From: an uncultured Verrucomicrobiae bacterium
GTDB taxonomy: Bacteria > Verrucomicrobiota > Verrucomicrobiia > Chthoniobacterales > Chthoniobacteraceae
Length of the DNA: 64,000 nucleotides
Assembly (NCBI GenBank): GCA_963769025.1
Contig: CAVYKI010000003.1
Span: 1 to 64,000 of the forward strand
Direction of reading: 5' to 3'
A program made the translations under genes and the position numbers. The notes below the pieces were generated by a model. The model was not told where the DNA came from. It saw only the letters and a program-made list of their open reading frames with translations, and did no database searches. Shown in pieces: positions 63,629-64,000 of this stretch; the first letter of the stretch is position 1; every line of letters starts with the position of its first letter.

Positions 63629-64000
63629 TTACGAAGCGGCCCGTTTGGCCAGATAGATGATTTTCTCGTCCTTGTCGTCGCGTTCCATTTTACCGCGCAA
63701 ATTGCGCATGGCGGCGTTCAAAATAAATCCGACATTCCCCACGCTCAGCCCGGTGATCTGGCTGATTTCCTGATAGGAATGGCTCCCGTGGAAGCGCAGG
63801 CGAACGACCTCCTGCTGGTTCTTCGGCAAAGCCTTCACGTGCTCCATGAGCCGCTCGACGGTCTCGCGGCGCGCCATGTCCTGCAGAGGGGTGATGCTGT
63901 CCACCCGGCGGTGCTCAAACTCCTCGTGCTCGACATAAATGTAGCGGTCTTCCTTCTTCAGCGACTTCAGCGCGCAGTTACGGCAAACGGTGAAGAGCCA
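63629..64000 (-). CDS. ECF-type RNA polymerase sigma factor (5' partial)
   Basis: Region 2 WLFTVCRN; region 4 LPKNQQEVVRLRF..SYQEISQITGLSVGNV. Confidence 0.9.
   Translation of the reverse strand, partial: WLFTVCRNCALKSLKKEDRYIYVEHEEFEHRRVDSITPLQDMARRETVERLMEHVKALPKNQQEVVRLRFHGSHSYQEISQITGLSVGNVGFILNAAMRNLRGKMERDDKDEKIIYLAKRAAS

Overview
High-GC bacterial DNA, most likely Verrucomicrobia (Chthoniobacter/Spartobacteria-like). This is inferred from the PEP-CTERM proteins, a Verru_Chthon pilin-like cassette and DUF1549/1553-DUF1501 genes. 1-15 kb: three tandem beta-helix-repeat PEP-CTERM surface proteins sharing a near-identical C-terminal module. A ~3.8 kb island between the first two holds an orphan gene, an XRE-type HTH, a mirror-symmetric 21-bp-periodic array, a (WDSGT)3-leader protein, a collagen/fibre-like protein and REP-like hairpins. 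15-36.5 kb: an O-antigen-ligase/TPR gene and a ~4,900-aa DUF4347/LEPR-like adhesin, divergent from a TolC - truncated accessory SecA - membrane fusion protein operon with no ABC transporter in view. 36.6-44.7 kb: a Verru_Chthon D-B-C-A cassette with a duplicated A gene whose two copies have divergent middles. 44.8-64 kb: a degenerate class III cyclase, recR, photolyase, DUF1549/1553-DUF1501-WD40, an Hsp70 with an in-frame REP doublet, LptF/G, and an ECF sigma/anti-sigma/MoxR/DUF58/vWA operon. Five small frameshifts (one in recR) probably reflect sequencing or assembly error. No rRNA, tRNA, CRISPR array, transposase or integrase was recognised. All family calls are by eye, with no database searches.
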